From contig PEZT01000001.1 of NCBI GenBank assembly GCA_002773945.1, forward strand, positions 1,131 through 65,130: a stretch of DNA of 64,000 bases, read 5' to 3'. The position numbers were made by a program, and so were the translations under genes. Every line of letters begins with the position of its first letter. Position 1 is the first letter of the stretch. This document shows, one piece after another, positions 29,829 to 39,614 of the stretch. This DNA is from Candidatus Beckwithbacteria bacterium CG10_big_fil_rev_8_21_14_0_10_34_10 (lineage in GTDB: Bacteria; Patescibacteriota; Microgenomatia; UBA1400). A model generated the notes under the pieces. The model was given only the letters and a program-made list of their open reading frames with translations, had not been told where the DNA came from and did no database searches.

Positions 29829-30755
29829 ATGAAGGGGAAAATAAATCTTAGTTGTGTTTTTTGCAATGTTAAATTTAAATCTCCTTTAATATCTCCTTCG
29901 GGAATTGTGGTTGATCAGGAGAAAATAATTGACCTTTCTCAAATAAAGGGAGTGGGCGGCTTAACAACAAAATCTTCTAGTATTTTACCAAGAGAGGGTC
30001 ATTCACCTCCTACGGTTAGCGCTTTTAAAGCAGGCTTCATAAATGCCGTTGGCTTAAAAAATCCAGGGATGATAAATTCAAAAAGGGAAATTATGTTTCT
30101 AAAAAAGAGGATTAATAAACCTATTATTGCCTCTGTTTTTGGGACAAAATTAGCTGATTTTTCAATCCTGGTTAAAGAAATTTCCGAGAGTAAACCCGAC
30201 ATTATTGAGCTCAATTTATCTTGTCCTAATGTTGATGATGAATTTGGCAAGCCATTTGCAACGGATCCGTTATTGACGGCAATGGCTGTAATTGAGGCTA
30301 AAAAGGTAGTTCAAAAAATACCCATCATTGCTAAGCTTACTCCCAATACCCCTTATCTTAACAGAGTTGCTTATGAAGTAGAAAAAGCCGGTGCCGATGG
30401 AATTTCAGCTATTAACACTGTTGGTCCGGGAATGCTTATTAATTTAAAAAAAAGAAAGCCAATATTAAGTAACTGCCTTGGTGGTGTTTCCGGACCTGCC
30501 ATAAAACCAATTGCTCTAAGATGTGTTAATGAGATAAAAAAAACCGTTAAAATTCCCATTATTGGGATGGGAGGAGTAGAAACGGGTAAAGACGCCCTAG
30601 AAATGATTATGGCTGGAGCTACTTTAGTAGGAGTTGGGTCAGCAATTTACCAAGGCGGATTTAAAATATTTGATAAAATTATAAAAGAGATGAAAGAAAT
30701 TATGACTGAAGAAAAAATAAGTTCTATAAATTCAATAAGAGGTAGCCTAAAATGA
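29829..30755 (+). CDS. pyrD: Dihydroorotate dehydrogenase, family 1 catalytic subunit
   Basis: TTKS, INAVGLKNPG, ELNLSCPN, KLTPN, GGVSGPAIKP. Confidence 0.9.
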   Translation: MKGKINLSCVFCNVKFKSPLISPSGIVVDQEKIIDLSQIKGVGGLTTKSSSILPREGHSPPTVSAFKAGFINAVGLKNPGMINSKREIMFLKKRINKPIIASVFGTKLADFSILVKEISESKPDIIELNLSCPNVDDEFGKPFATDPLLTAMAVIEAKKVVQKIPIIAKLTPNTPYLNRVAYEVEKAGADGISAINTVGPGMLINLKKRKPILSNCLGGVSGPAIKPIALRCVNEIKKTVKIPIIGMGGVETGKDALEMIMAGATLVGVGSAIYQGGFKIFDKIIKEMKEIMTEEKISSINSIRGSLK

Positions 30756-31276
30756 TTTTTACTAGCATTCTTAGAGAAATAAACCAAGTGACAAAAAAAA
30801 TAGATGAGAAAGAAATTAGAAATTTTATTAAAGAAATAAAAAAAGCCAAGAGAATTTTTGTTGTTGGAGTTGGCCGGTCTGGCCTAATGGTAAAAAATCT
30901 AGCCTTAAGATTAGTCAGATTAAAGAAAAAAACTTTTGTTATTGGGGAAACTATTAATCCAGAAGTGAAAAAAAATGATCTTTTAATTGCTGTTTCTGGC
31001 TCAGGAGAAACAGAGGCAGTTCTAAGTGCGGTTAAAATTTGCCGGGTTAAAGGAGCCAGAATTTTAGGAGTTTTAGCCGACAAAAATTCTCCCTTGGCAA
31101 AGCTGAGTCATTGTTTTGTTCTCGTTCCTGCTAAAATTCCCAAGCGCCTTGGTAATCAATATCAATTAAGAGAGTTGATTGGAGTGCCGGAAAGATCACC
31201 AACAAAATCGCTCTTTGAGGTTTGTAGTTTAATATTTTTTGAAACAGCAGTTGATAAACTTAATGGAAAAGAATAA
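30752..31276 (+). CDS. SIS-domain sugar-phosphate isomerase, 6-phospho-3-hexuloisomerase-like
   Basis: RIFVVGVGRSGL, VIGET, AVSGSGET, NSPLAK, SLFE. Confidence 0.8.
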   Translation: MIFTSILREINQVTKKIDEKEIRNFIKEIKKAKRIFVVGVGRSGLMVKNLALRLVRLKKKTFVIGETINPEVKKNDLLIAVSGSGETEAVLSAVKICRVKGARILGVLADKNSPLAKLSHCFVLVPAKIPKRLGNQYQLRELIGVPERSPTKSLFEVCSLIFFETAVDKLNGKE

Positions 31277-31288
31277 TTTAAAAAAATA

Positions 31289-32131
31289 ATGAATTTTCAA
31301 CAGAAATTAGACAAAATAATTAAAACAAATAATTCTTGTGTTTGTGTTGGTTTAGATTCTAATTTTGATAAAATTCCAGGGTTTTTAAAGATAAATAAGC
31401 CAGTTAGCGAGGCAATTTTCTCCTTTAATAAAAAAATAGTTGAGGCTACTTATGATTTGGTTTGCGCTTATAAACCAAACATTGCTTTTTACGAAGCTGA
31501 AGGGTTAGAAGGCTTAAAAGCCCTTAAAAAAACCATCGAGTTTATCAAAAAGAAAAACCCTAATTTACTTGTGATTGTTGATGCTAAAAGAGGAGATATC
31601 GGGAGTACTAATATTGGTTATGTTAAATCTCTTTTTGACTTTTATAGTTTTGATGCTCTTACTGTTCATCCTTATTTAGGTAAAGAATCTCTGGAACCTT
31701 TTTTAAAAAGAAAAGATAAGGGCATCATTGTTCTTTGTCGAACCTCGAATCCAGGAGCAGGAGAATTTCAAGACTTAATAGTTAGCAATAAAAATGGAAA
31801 AAAAATGCCTTTGTATCTGGCAATTGCCAGGAAAGTAGAAAATAGCTGGAACAAAAATAATAATTGTGCTTTAGTGGTTGGGGCCACTTACCCCAAGGAA
31901 CTAGCACAAATAAGAAAAATTGTTCCGGCGATGCCTTTTTTAATACCAGGAATTGGCATTCAGGGAGGGGATATTAAAAAAACCATTCAGGCCGGTAGAA
32001 ATAAAGATGGCCGGGGTGTGATTATTAATTCCAGCCGGGGAATAATATTTAGCTCTTCAGCTAGAAATTTTGATAAAATAGCCAGGGATAAAACTTTGAA
32101 GTTAAAAAAAGAAATCAATAAATACCGCTAA
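31289..32131 (+). CDS. pyrF: Orotidine-5'-phosphate decarboxylase (type 2)
   Basis: CVGLD, YKPNIAFYE, DAKRGDIGST, RTSNPG, VVGAT, INSSRGI. Confidence 0.95.
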   Translation: MNFQQKLDKIIKTNNSCVCVGLDSNFDKIPGFLKINKPVSEAIFSFNKKIVEATYDLVCAYKPNIAFYEAEGLEGLKALKKTIEFIKKKNPNLLVIVDAKRGDIGSTNIGYVKSLFDFYSFDALTVHPYLGKESLEPFLKRKDKGIIVLCRTSNPGAGEFQDLIVSNKNGKKMPLYLAIARKVENSWNKNNNCALVVGATYPKELAQIRKIVPAMPFLIPGIGIQGGDIKKTIQAGRNKDGRGVIINSSRGIIFSSSARNFDKIARDKTLKLKKEINKYR

Positions 32132-32152
32132 TAAACAACAAAAGGAGTCTTT

Positions 32153-32815
32153 ATGAATAGTAAAGAAATTTCAAAGAAAACTGCCCAACTGCTTTTAAAA
32201 ATAAAAGCCATTCAAATTAGGCCTGAAAAGCCTTTTAAATTTACTTCAGGGATCCTAAGCCCTATATATATTGATAATCGGATTTTAATGTCTCTCCCAA
32301 AAGAAAGAAGGAAAATTATAAACTTTTATTTAAAAATAATTAAAGAAAAAATAGGAGTTACAAAAAACACTATCTTTTCTGGAACAGCCACCGCCGCTAT
32401 TTTCCAAACTGCCTATATATCTCAAAAACTAAATCTTCCGATGGTATATGTTAGAGATACTAAAAAAGGCCATGGTGGCCAAAATCAGATAGAAGGGATA
32501 GTTAAAAAAGGCCAAAGAGCGGTTGTAATAGAAGACCATATTTCGACCGGAGGAAGTCTAATTGGCAACCTTAGAGCTTTAAGAAAAGCTGGAGCAAAAG
32601 TAAATTATGCGATTGCTACCACTACCTATTTAATGAAAAAAGCCAGCATTTTATTTAAAAAAGCCAAAATAAAGGTCTATACTTTAACTGATCTCAAGAC
32701 TATAATTGATGAGGCAGTAAAAGGAAAATACATAAAAGCGAGTGATAAAGACTTAGTTTTAAAATGGGCCGAAAATCCACCAAGTTGGGGAAAGAAATTC
32801 GGTTTTGAAAAATAA
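32153..32815 (+). CDS. pyrE: Orotate phosphoribosyltransferase
   Basis: FTSGILSPIYIDNR, YVR..KKGHG..NQIEG, VIEDHISTGGS. Confidence 0.93.
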   Translation: MNSKEISKKTAQLLLKIKAIQIRPEKPFKFTSGILSPIYIDNRILMSLPKERRKIINFYLKIIKEKIGVTKNTIFSGTATAAIFQTAYISQKLNLPMVYVRDTKKGHGGQNQIEGIVKKGQRAVVIEDHISTGGSLIGNLRALRKAGAKVNYAIATTTYLMKKASILFKKAKIKVYTLTDLKTIIDEAVKGKYIKASDKDLVLKWAENPPSWGKKFGFEK

Positions 32816-32818
32816 GAT

Positions 32819-33715
32819 ATGAAAATATTTAGCGGTTCAGCTTCCCAAAAATTAGGCATCAAAATAGCCAATGATTTAAATCTTAGTCTGGAAAAGATTT
32901 ATTTAGGTCGTTTCTCTAATGATGAATCTCAGGTTTGGCTTAAGGCCGAAGATTTTAATACGACGGCTGTTTTAATTCAAAGCTTATCGCGACCGGTTGA
33001 TGAACATTTAGTTCAATTTTGTTTAATGGCTGATGCCCTAAAGCGGGGAGGAGTAAAAAAAATTGTGGCGGTTATTCCTTATTTAGCCTACAGTAAACAG
33101 GATAAGATATTTAGAACTGGTGAACCTTTATCTGTCAAAGTGATTGCCAAAATAATTCAAACCGCTAAAATCAACAAGTTTATTACTCTTGATTTACATA
33201 ATAAAGCGATCGTGGGATTTTTTGAAAGTCCGGTGATAGAGCTTTCAGCTATCCCTTTGTTTTTAGAATATTTTAGGAAATCTAACCTAAAAAACACCCT
33301 AGTGGTAGCTCCTGATGCCGGTTCAATTAAGGCCTCAACTTCCTTTGCCCAGAGTTTAGGATTAGAGGTGGCCTATATTGATAAAAAAAGAGATTTATCA
33401 AATGGGAAAGTTAGTATTTTGGGTATTAATCGTCAAGTTAAAGGAAATAATATTGTTATGGTTGATGATATGATTAGTACAGGCAGTACCTTAATTGAAA
33501 CAGCTAAATTCTTAAAAAAACAGAGAGTAGGGAAGATTACGGTGGCAGTTTCTCATCATCTTTTTGTTCCTGGAGTTCAGGAAAAAATTGAGCAAAGTCT
33601 AATTGACAAACTAATCATAACTGATACAATCGAAAGATCCAATAAAAAGCAATATAAAAAACTTAAAGTTTTATCAGTCGCCCCAATAATTGTAAAGGAA
33701 CTTAGAAAGATTTAA
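32819..33715 (+). CDS. prs: Ribose-phosphate pyrophosphokinase
   Basis: PYLAYSKQDK, DLH, VAPDAG, VDDMISTGST. Confidence 0.92.
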   Translation: MKIFSGSASQKLGIKIANDLNLSLEKIYLGRFSNDESQVWLKAEDFNTTAVLIQSLSRPVDEHLVQFCLMADALKRGGVKKIVAVIPYLAYSKQDKIFRTGEPLSVKVIAKIIQTAKINKFITLDLHNKAIVGFFESPVIELSAIPLFLEYFRKSNLKNTLVVAPDAGSIKASTSFAQSLGLEVAYIDKKRDLSNGKVSILGINRQVKGNNIVMVDDMISTGSTLIETAKFLKKQRVGKITVAVSHHLFVPGVQEKIEQSLIDKLIITDTIERSNKKQYKKLKVLSVAPIIVKELRKI

Positions 33716-35349
33716 TGAAAAAATATAAATACATTTTTGTTTCAGGGGGAGTTATTTCTGGCTTAGGAAAAGGAATAACTGCTTCATCCATTGGCTTGCT
33801 TCTCAAAGCTCAGGGTTTTAAGGTCGCTTTAGTTAAATGTGATCCTTATGTCAATATTGATGCTGGGACAATTAGACCTCAGGAACACGGAGAAGTGTTT
33901 GTCACTAATGATGGAATTGAATCAGATCAAGATCTGGGCCATTATGAGAGGTTTCTTAATGAAGATTTAACTCGGGCTCACTACATCACCACCGGTCAGA
34001 TCTATAAGGAGGTTATTAGAAAAGAAAGAAACTTTGAATATAATGGTGAGGACGTGGAGGTTGTTCCTCATGTACCAGAAGAAATGATTAGAAGATTTAA
34101 ATTAGCTGGTAAAGCTTCAAATGCAGATGTGGTTATTATTGAAATAGGTGGAACAGTCGGAGAATACCAAAATATCTTGTTTTTAGAAGCGAACAGAATT
34201 ATGAAAATGAGGGATAAGGAAAAAGTTATTCATGTTCATGTGGCTTATTTACCCACTCCGCCTTCAATTGGAGAAATGAAGTCTAAGCCTGTTCAGTTAT
34301 CTGTCAGACTTTTGGCTCAAACAGGTATCCAACCAGATTTCTTAGTTGCCCGGGCAGAAAAACCGATAGACCAGCAAAGAAAAGATAGAATCTCGCTTTT
34401 TTGTAATATTGAAAAAGAAGACATTTTTTCTAATCCATATGTGCCCATTACTTATGAAGTGCCGTTAATATTTAAAGAACAGGGTTTTGATAAAAAGATT
34501 ATGGAGAAGCTTAAACTTAAAGGCAAAAATACAGATTTACTAAATAATTGGAAAAAAATGGTTAAGAGGGTTAAAAAAGCTAAGAAAAAAATCAAGATAG
34601 CAGTGGCTGGAAAATATCAAACAGTCGGCGACTATATTCTACCCGATTCTTATGTTTGTGTTTTAGAAGCTTTAAGACATGCTGCTTGGCATTATGGTTA
34701 TTCTCCGGAAATCGTTTGGCTAAATACTGAAAAAATTGAAAAAGACAAAAGCTTGTTAAAAAGGCTAGATAAGGTTGACGGAATAATTATCCCCCAGGGC
34801 TGGGGATCAAGAGGAGTCGAGGGAAAAATTATGGCGATTGAATATGCGAGAGTTAACAATCTTCCCTTTTTAGGTCTTTGTTTCGGAATGCAAATGGCAG
34901 TCATTGAATATGCCAGGAATGTTTTGAAATTAAAAAATGCTAATTCTGAAGAGGTAGATCCCAAGACACCCTATCCAGTAATTCACATTATGCCCAAACA
35001 AATAGAATATTTAAAAAAGAAACAATATGGGGGAACAATTAGATTGGGGGCCTGGCCATGTAAAGTTAAAAAAAATACTGAACTCTTTAAAATGTATGGA
35101 AAAGAAAATATATCGGAAAGACATCGGCACAGATATGAATTTAACTCTAAATATAAGGTAAAATTCCAGAAAAAAGGCTTAGTAATAAGTGGAGTCTCAC
35201 CTGATGGAAAGCTAGTTGAAGCAATTGAGTTGCCCAAACAAAAGCACCCTTTTTTCCAAGGAGTTCAATTTCATCCTGAATTTAAATCAAGGCCTTTAAC
35301 TCCTCATCCAGTATTTATGGGTTTCATTAAAGCTGCTATTAAAAGCTAA
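33715..35349 (+). CDS. pyrG: CTP synthase
   Basis: GGVISGLGKG, DLGHYERF, EIGGTVG, GLCFGMQ, ERHRHRYE, QFHPEF. Confidence 0.96.
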   Translation: MKKYKYIFVSGGVISGLGKGITASSIGLLLKAQGFKVALVKCDPYVNIDAGTIRPQEHGEVFVTNDGIESDQDLGHYERFLNEDLTRAHYITTGQIYKEVIRKERNFEYNGEDVEVVPHVPEEMIRRFKLAGKASNADVVIIEIGGTVGEYQNILFLEANRIMKMRDKEKVIHVHVAYLPTPPSIGEMKSKPVQLSVRLLAQTGIQPDFLVARAEKPIDQQRKDRISLFCNIEKEDIFSNPYVPITYEVPLIFKEQGFDKKIMEKLKLKGKNTDLLNNWKKMVKRVKKAKKKIKIAVAGKYQTVGDYILPDSYVCVLEALRHAAWHYGYSPEIVWLNTEKIEKDKSLLKRLDKVDGIIIPQGWGSRGVEGKIMAIEYARVNNLPFLGLCFGMQMAVIEYARNVLKLKNANSEEVDPKTPYPVIHIMPKQIEYLKKKQYGGTIRLGAWPCKVKKNTELFKMYGKENISERHRHRYEFNSKYKVKFQKKGLVISGVSPDGKLVEAIELPKQKHPFFQGVQFHPEFKSRPLTPHPVFMGFIKAAIKS

Positions 35350-35390
35350 AAGACTTGTTAAATTAGCTAAGCTTTGATAAAATTTCTCCT

Positions 35391-35810
35391 ATGGCTAATA
35401 AAATAGAATTTAAAAATACAATTGTTAATGTTGGTGATACTATAAGAGTTCACCAAAATATAAAAGAAGACAAAAAAGAAAGAAGTCAGGTTTTTGAAGG
35501 AATTGTAATTGCTATTAAGGGCAAAGCAGAAGGTAAAAGTATTACTGTTAGAAGAATTGCCACCGGAAATATTGGAGTTGAAAGAATATGGCCCATAAAT
35601 ACTCCCCACATTACTAAAGTAGAGGTTAAAAGAAAAGGTAAAGTAAAAAGAGCTAAACTATATTACCTTAGAAAAAGAATAGGTAAAAAAGCTACCAGAG
35701 TAAAAAAAGGAATAACCAATAAAACTCAAGAAAAAGAGGAAGTAAAAGTAGAGAAAAAGCCAATAAACGAAAAGAAAACTTCAGAAAAGAAAACAGACAA
35801 TAAAAAATAA
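35391..35810 (+). CDS. rplS: 50S ribosomal protein L19
   Basis: GDTIRVH, QVFEGIVI, GVERIWP, RAKLYYLR. Confidence 0.96.
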   Translation: MANKIEFKNTIVNVGDTIRVHQNIKEDKKERSQVFEGIVIAIKGKAEGKSITVRRIATGNIGVERIWPINTPHITKVEVKRKGKVKRAKLYYLRKRIGKKATRVKKGITNKTQEKEEVKVEKKPINEKKTSEKKTDNKK

Positions 35811-35857
35811 CCTTAACTTGTTGTTCTCCCTAACATTTGATAAAATCTATTTGTTCT

Positions 35858-35930
35858 GGCCCCATCGTCTAACGGCTCAGGACATCAGGTTTTCATCCTG
35901 AAAATCGGGGTCCGATTCCCCGTGGGGTCA
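35858..35930 (+). tRNA. tRNA-Glu(TTC)
   Basis: Acceptor GGCCCCA/TGGGGTC; anticodon arm TCAGG-TTTTCAT-CCTGA; T loop TCCGATT. Confidence 0.92.
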
Positions 35931-35965
35931 CAGTTTTTTATACTAAATTTCCTTAAGATAAATTC

Positions 35966-36295
35966 ATGAATAATGATAAGTTTGATTTTCAAGAGTTCGC
36001 TAAGCTAGATATCAGGATGGGGACTGTAATAGAAGCAGAAAGAGTTCCAGAAACTAATAAATTGTTAAAAGTCCAAATAGATTTTGGTAATGAAACAAGA
36101 CAAGTAGTTGCTGGATTTGGACATCTTCATAAGCCAGAAGAACTTGTTGGCAAGCAAGTGCCAGTTGTCATAAATATCAAAGAGGCTAATATTAAGGGTG
36201 TTAAAAGTCAAGGTATTTTTATCGCAATATATGATGATAAGGCAACTTTTCTTATTCCAGAAAACAAAGTTAAAAACGGTAGTAAAATTAAATAA
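35966..36295 (+). CDS. tRNA-binding OB-fold protein (Trbp111/CsaA/MetRS C-terminal-like)
   Basis: FAKLDIRMGTV, KLLKVQIDFG..RQVVAG, GVKSQG. Confidence 0.85.
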   Translation: MNNDKFDFQEFAKLDIRMGTVIEAERVPETNKLLKVQIDFGNETRQVVAGFGHLHKPEELVGKQVPVVINIKEANIKGVKSQGIFIAIYDDKATFLIPENKVKNGSKIK

Positions 36296-36388
36296 AAACT
36301 GTTTTCAATTTCTTAAGTCTTTTTTTCCCAATACTACTGGCAATACTTGAAGCAACAATATTTATTTCAGATGCAAGAAATAATTGTT

Positions 36389-36904
36389 TCATTTGTTTAC
36401 TCTGTATCTAATTTGAATTAAGCCTTCACCAAGTTCTTTTATACCTATTCTCTTTAATCTCTTAAAACAATCAAATTTATCCATAACTCTAAGCCCATTT
36501 CCTATTAAGAACGGGTGAATACTAAGCCATATTTCATTTACAAGATTCTCTTTTAAAAATGAAGTATTTAGAGTCATTCCTCCAATAAGCATTAGTTTTT
36601 TTAGTCCTTTATTGCCAGCCATTACTATTACTTCTTTGGGAGTTTTATTGGTAAATATTACATTACTTGGAGTTTTTTGATTTAATAATTTTTTATTACT
36701 GGTCATCACAATATTAATAGCTCCCTTGCAAGGAAAATCATCACCAAAAATCTCATAAGTTTTTCGTCCCATTACCATAATTCCACAATCTCTTATTAAG
36801 GCATCAAATTCTTTCCAATCTGTTTCCGTTACCCAATCAGAATCATCTTGACCCTTTGTTATCAATCCGTTTATTGAAGTAGCCATGTATAAAATTACTT
36901 TCAT
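36389..36904 (-). CDS. Dihydrofolate reductase / RibD C-terminal family protein
   Basis: LYMATSINGLI, MGRKTYE, LIGG, P.LIGNG. Confidence 0.85.
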   Translation of the reverse strand: MKVILYMATSINGLITKGQDDSDWVTETDWKEFDALIRDCGIMVMGRKTYEIFGDDFPCKGAINIVMTSNKKLLNQKTPSNVIFTNKTPKEVIVMAGNKGLKKLMLIGGMTLNTSFLKENLVNEIWLSIHPFLIGNGLRVMDKFDCFKRLKRIGIKELGEGLIQIRYRVNK

Positions 36905-37004
36905 TTTAGCTTAGCTTAATTTTATCATAATTAACAAATGCTGATAAAATATTAGAAATAGAGTATTTAGTATAAAGCCTCACTGTTTATAAAAGAAGTT
37001 TAAC

Positions 37005-37433
37005 CTACCTAGTAACACTTAATTTATCTCTTGTTTCTGTTAATGGAGCTAAAACTGTTATTCTATTAGCTTGGGTCTGACAGATTTCATAACAACTATT
37101 AATTTCATCACAGCTGGTGTCAGGATCAGTTGGAATAAGAGCAATATAACTGGCAACAAGAGAAGGGCTTAGATCTAAATTATCTAGACCAATTATTGAG
37201 GTTAATGGACATGTTTCCATAGTAATTTCTTCAGGGGGATTACCATTATTATCAACTTGATACTGATTTATGGCATTTAAAATAGCATTGATATCACTTT
37301 CTCTTTTAGCATCTCTAGCCATCTTATATTGCCTCCCTGGGTTAAGAGCCACTAAAACAGTCCCCATTAAAATTACCATTATGGCGATAACTACTAGAAG
37401 TTCAATTAAAGTAAAACCTCGGCTTATTTTCAA
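37005..37433 (-). CDS. Type IV pilin-like protein
   Basis: Class III signal RG|FTLIELLVVIAI, ARDAKR, IPTDP, four Cys. Confidence 0.9.
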   Translation of the reverse strand: MKISRGFTLIELLVVIAIMVILMGTVLVALNPGRQYKMARDAKRESDINAILNAINQYQVDNNGNPPEEITMETCPLTSIIGLDNLDLSPSLVASYIALIPTDPDTSCDEINSCYEICQTQANRITVLAPLTETRDKLSVTR

Positions 37434-37470
37434 AAATTCACCTTTAAAAGTCTTATTAAAAAGAAGATCA

Positions 37471-37546
37471 TGGTGAGTCCGGAGAGGTTCGAACTCTCGA
37501 CCTACTGCTTAAAAGGCAGTTGCTCTACCAACTGAGCTACGGACCC
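37471..37546 (-). tRNA. tRNA-Lys(TTT)
   Basis: Anticodon arm ACTGC-CTTTTAA-GCAGT; encoded CCA. Confidence 0.95.
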
Positions 37547-37621
37547 AATAATTGATATTATATCAGTTTTGTGGCTTTAGATTCAATGTTTTTAGATAGA
37601 AAATAGAATAAAATATGGTTT

Positions 37622-38510
37622 ATGAGAAAAAAAGATTTTTATTTTAAAGCAATTAAAAAGTTTAAAAAGATAAGAATCGGAGAAATTAAGACGCCTCATA
37701 GTATTGTTTTTACTCCTTGTTTTATGCCGGTTGGAACTCAGGCGAGTGTTAAATCTTTGACCCCTGATGATCTTTCAGGTTTAGGCGCCTCCCTTATACT
37801 AGGCGGTAATACTTACCATATGTACTTTAAGCCAGGAATGAAAGTTATTAAAAAAGCTAAAGGAATGCATCGGTTTATGGGGTGGAATAGACCCATGCTA
37901 ACTGATTCCGGAGGGTTTCAAGTCACTTCCTTGGGAAAAGATAGGACTAAATAAAGGCAGGAAATACGCTAAAAAAGCAATAGATAGAACTAATAATTGG
38001 CTTTTAAGGTCAATAAAAGAGTGGCAGAAAAATAATTGCTGTTCTTTAACCACCGGCAAATACCAGGCCTTATTTGGCATAATCCAAGGTGGAGACTTTA
38101 AAGATTTAATTCCCCAAGATAAGGTTTTATATTTTATGGGCCTAGGGAGAGACCCTGAGGACGTAGTGACGGCAATTAAGTTAGGAGCGGATATTTTTGA
38201 TTGTGTTGTTCCCACCAGAATGGCTCGAAACGGAACGCTATACTCTGGTAAATTAACTAGTAGTTTTAAGTTTAAATCTAAATTTAAAAAAGGCAGACTC
38301 AATATTGGCAATAAAAGTTTTAAAAAGGATTTTAAAGCAATTGAAAAGAATTGTGATTGTTACACTTGTAAAACTGGTTTTAACAGAGCATATTTACATC
38401 ATTTATATAAAACAAAGGAACTTTTATACTACCGCTTAGCTTCAATTCATAACCTAAAATTTATGATTAAATTATGTGAAGAAGCTCGGAGTTTGATTTT
38501 GAAAATATAG
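37622..38510 (+). pseudogene. tgt: tRNA-guanine transglycosylase, frameshifted with two internal deletions
   Basis: TPCFMPVGT..TDSGGFQV in one frame (stop at 37954); LFGIIQGG, DIFDCVVPTR and CDCYTC in another; central motifs missing. Confidence 0.85.
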
Positions 38511-38561
38511 TTAATGTTGCGCTTTTGGGTTTTAAATCTCTAGTAATGATATAATTAAAAT

Positions 38562-39038
38562 ATGAGGATATTAGGAATAGATCCTGGTTTGGCACTAACC
38601 GGGTGGGGAATGGTAAAAAAAGGAAACGAGGTCAAGCTTTTAGATTATGGTTGCATCAAAACTTCTAAAAATGACCAAAACCACTTAAGGCTTTTAAAGA
38701 TATTTAAGGACTTAAGAAAAATTCTAACCAAGTTTAAGCCCGAAGTGGTAGTTTTAGAAAAACTTTTCTTTAATACAAATGCGAAAACCGCCATTTTGAT
38801 TGGTGAAGGCAGGGGAGTAGTGAAAATATGTGCTTCTTTAGCTAAAATTCCCCTCTATGAGTTTACACCTTTACAGGTAAAAGATAGTGTTGTAGGCTAT
38901 GGAAGAGCCAGCAAGAAACAAGTTCAACAAATGGTTAAACTACTTTTAAAAATGGATAAAATCCCTAAGCCAGATGATGCCGCTGATGCCCTAGCCGTTG
39001 CTTTAACCTACTGTAGTTTTAATAAGGAATTAATCTAA
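38562..39038 (+). CDS. ruvC: Holliday junction resolvase
   Basis: ILGIDPG, EKLFF, GYGRASK.QV, DDAADALAVA. Confidence 0.96.
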   Translation: MRILGIDPGLALTGWGMVKKGNEVKLLDYGCIKTSKNDQNHLRLLKIFKDLRKILTKFKPEVVVLEKLFFNTNAKTAILIGEGRGVVKICASLAKIPLYEFTPLQVKDSVVGYGRASKKQVQQMVKLLLKMDKIPKPDDAADALAVALTYCSFNKELI

Positions 39039-39595
39039 TGATTGGATTTTTAAAAGGGATAGTTTCTTTTATAGAAAACGACTCAATAATTTTAAACGTT
39101 AAAGATGTTGGTTACCATTTATTTATCCCTCTATATTTTCTCCAGGATTTAAAAGTGGGTGACAGCAAAGAATTTTTTGTCCACACTCATGTTAAAGAAA
39201 ATGCTTTAGATCTTTATGGTTTTTCCACCTTTAGCGAAAAAGATATATTTACTTTGCTTTTGAGTGTCGGTGGAATTGGACCTAAGTTGGCCTTAACAAT
39301 AGTTTCATATAGTAATGGTCCAAAAAATATTATTAAAGCCATTAAAGAGGCTCAGGTTGATTTTTTTGAGTCCATAAAAGGGATTGGAAAAAAAGCGGCT
39401 CAAAGAATTATTGTTGATTTAAAATCCAAGCTCGGTGGTTTAAAGGAATTAGAATTTGAAGGCATGGAAGATGTAGACTTAATTGAAGCCTTAAAAGGTT
39501 TAGGATTTGAAAACAAAGAAATTAAAAAAGCAGTTAAGGGAATTAAAAAAGACTTGCCTTTGGAAGAAAAAATTAGATTATCTTTAAAAGAGTAA
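39038..39595 (+). CDS. ruvA: Holliday junction branch migration protein
   Basis: [32 protein letters not shown]. Confidence 0.95.
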   Translation: MIGFLKGIVSFIENDSIILNVKDVGYHLFIPLYFLQDLKVGDSKEFFVHTHVKENALDLYGFSTFSEKDIFTLLLSVGGIGPKLALTIVSYSNGPKNIIKAIKEAQVDFFESIKGIGKKAAQRIIVDLKSKLGGLKELEFEGMEDVDLIEALKGLGFENKEIKKAVKGIKKDLPLEEKIRLSLKE

Positions 39596-39614
39596 ATTAA
39601 CAAAATTAAGAAAA

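Noticed and set aside
31289-32131. OMPDC-fold gene as the missing hexulose-6-phosphate synthase
   Set aside because: It carries the full type 2 PyrF motif set and sits beside pyrE.
37933-37940. G_GGA_AAA slippery heptamer at the tgt frame break, suggesting programmed -1 frameshifting
   Set aside because: The downstream tgt part is in the +1 frame, and essential sequence is deleted at this junction anyway.
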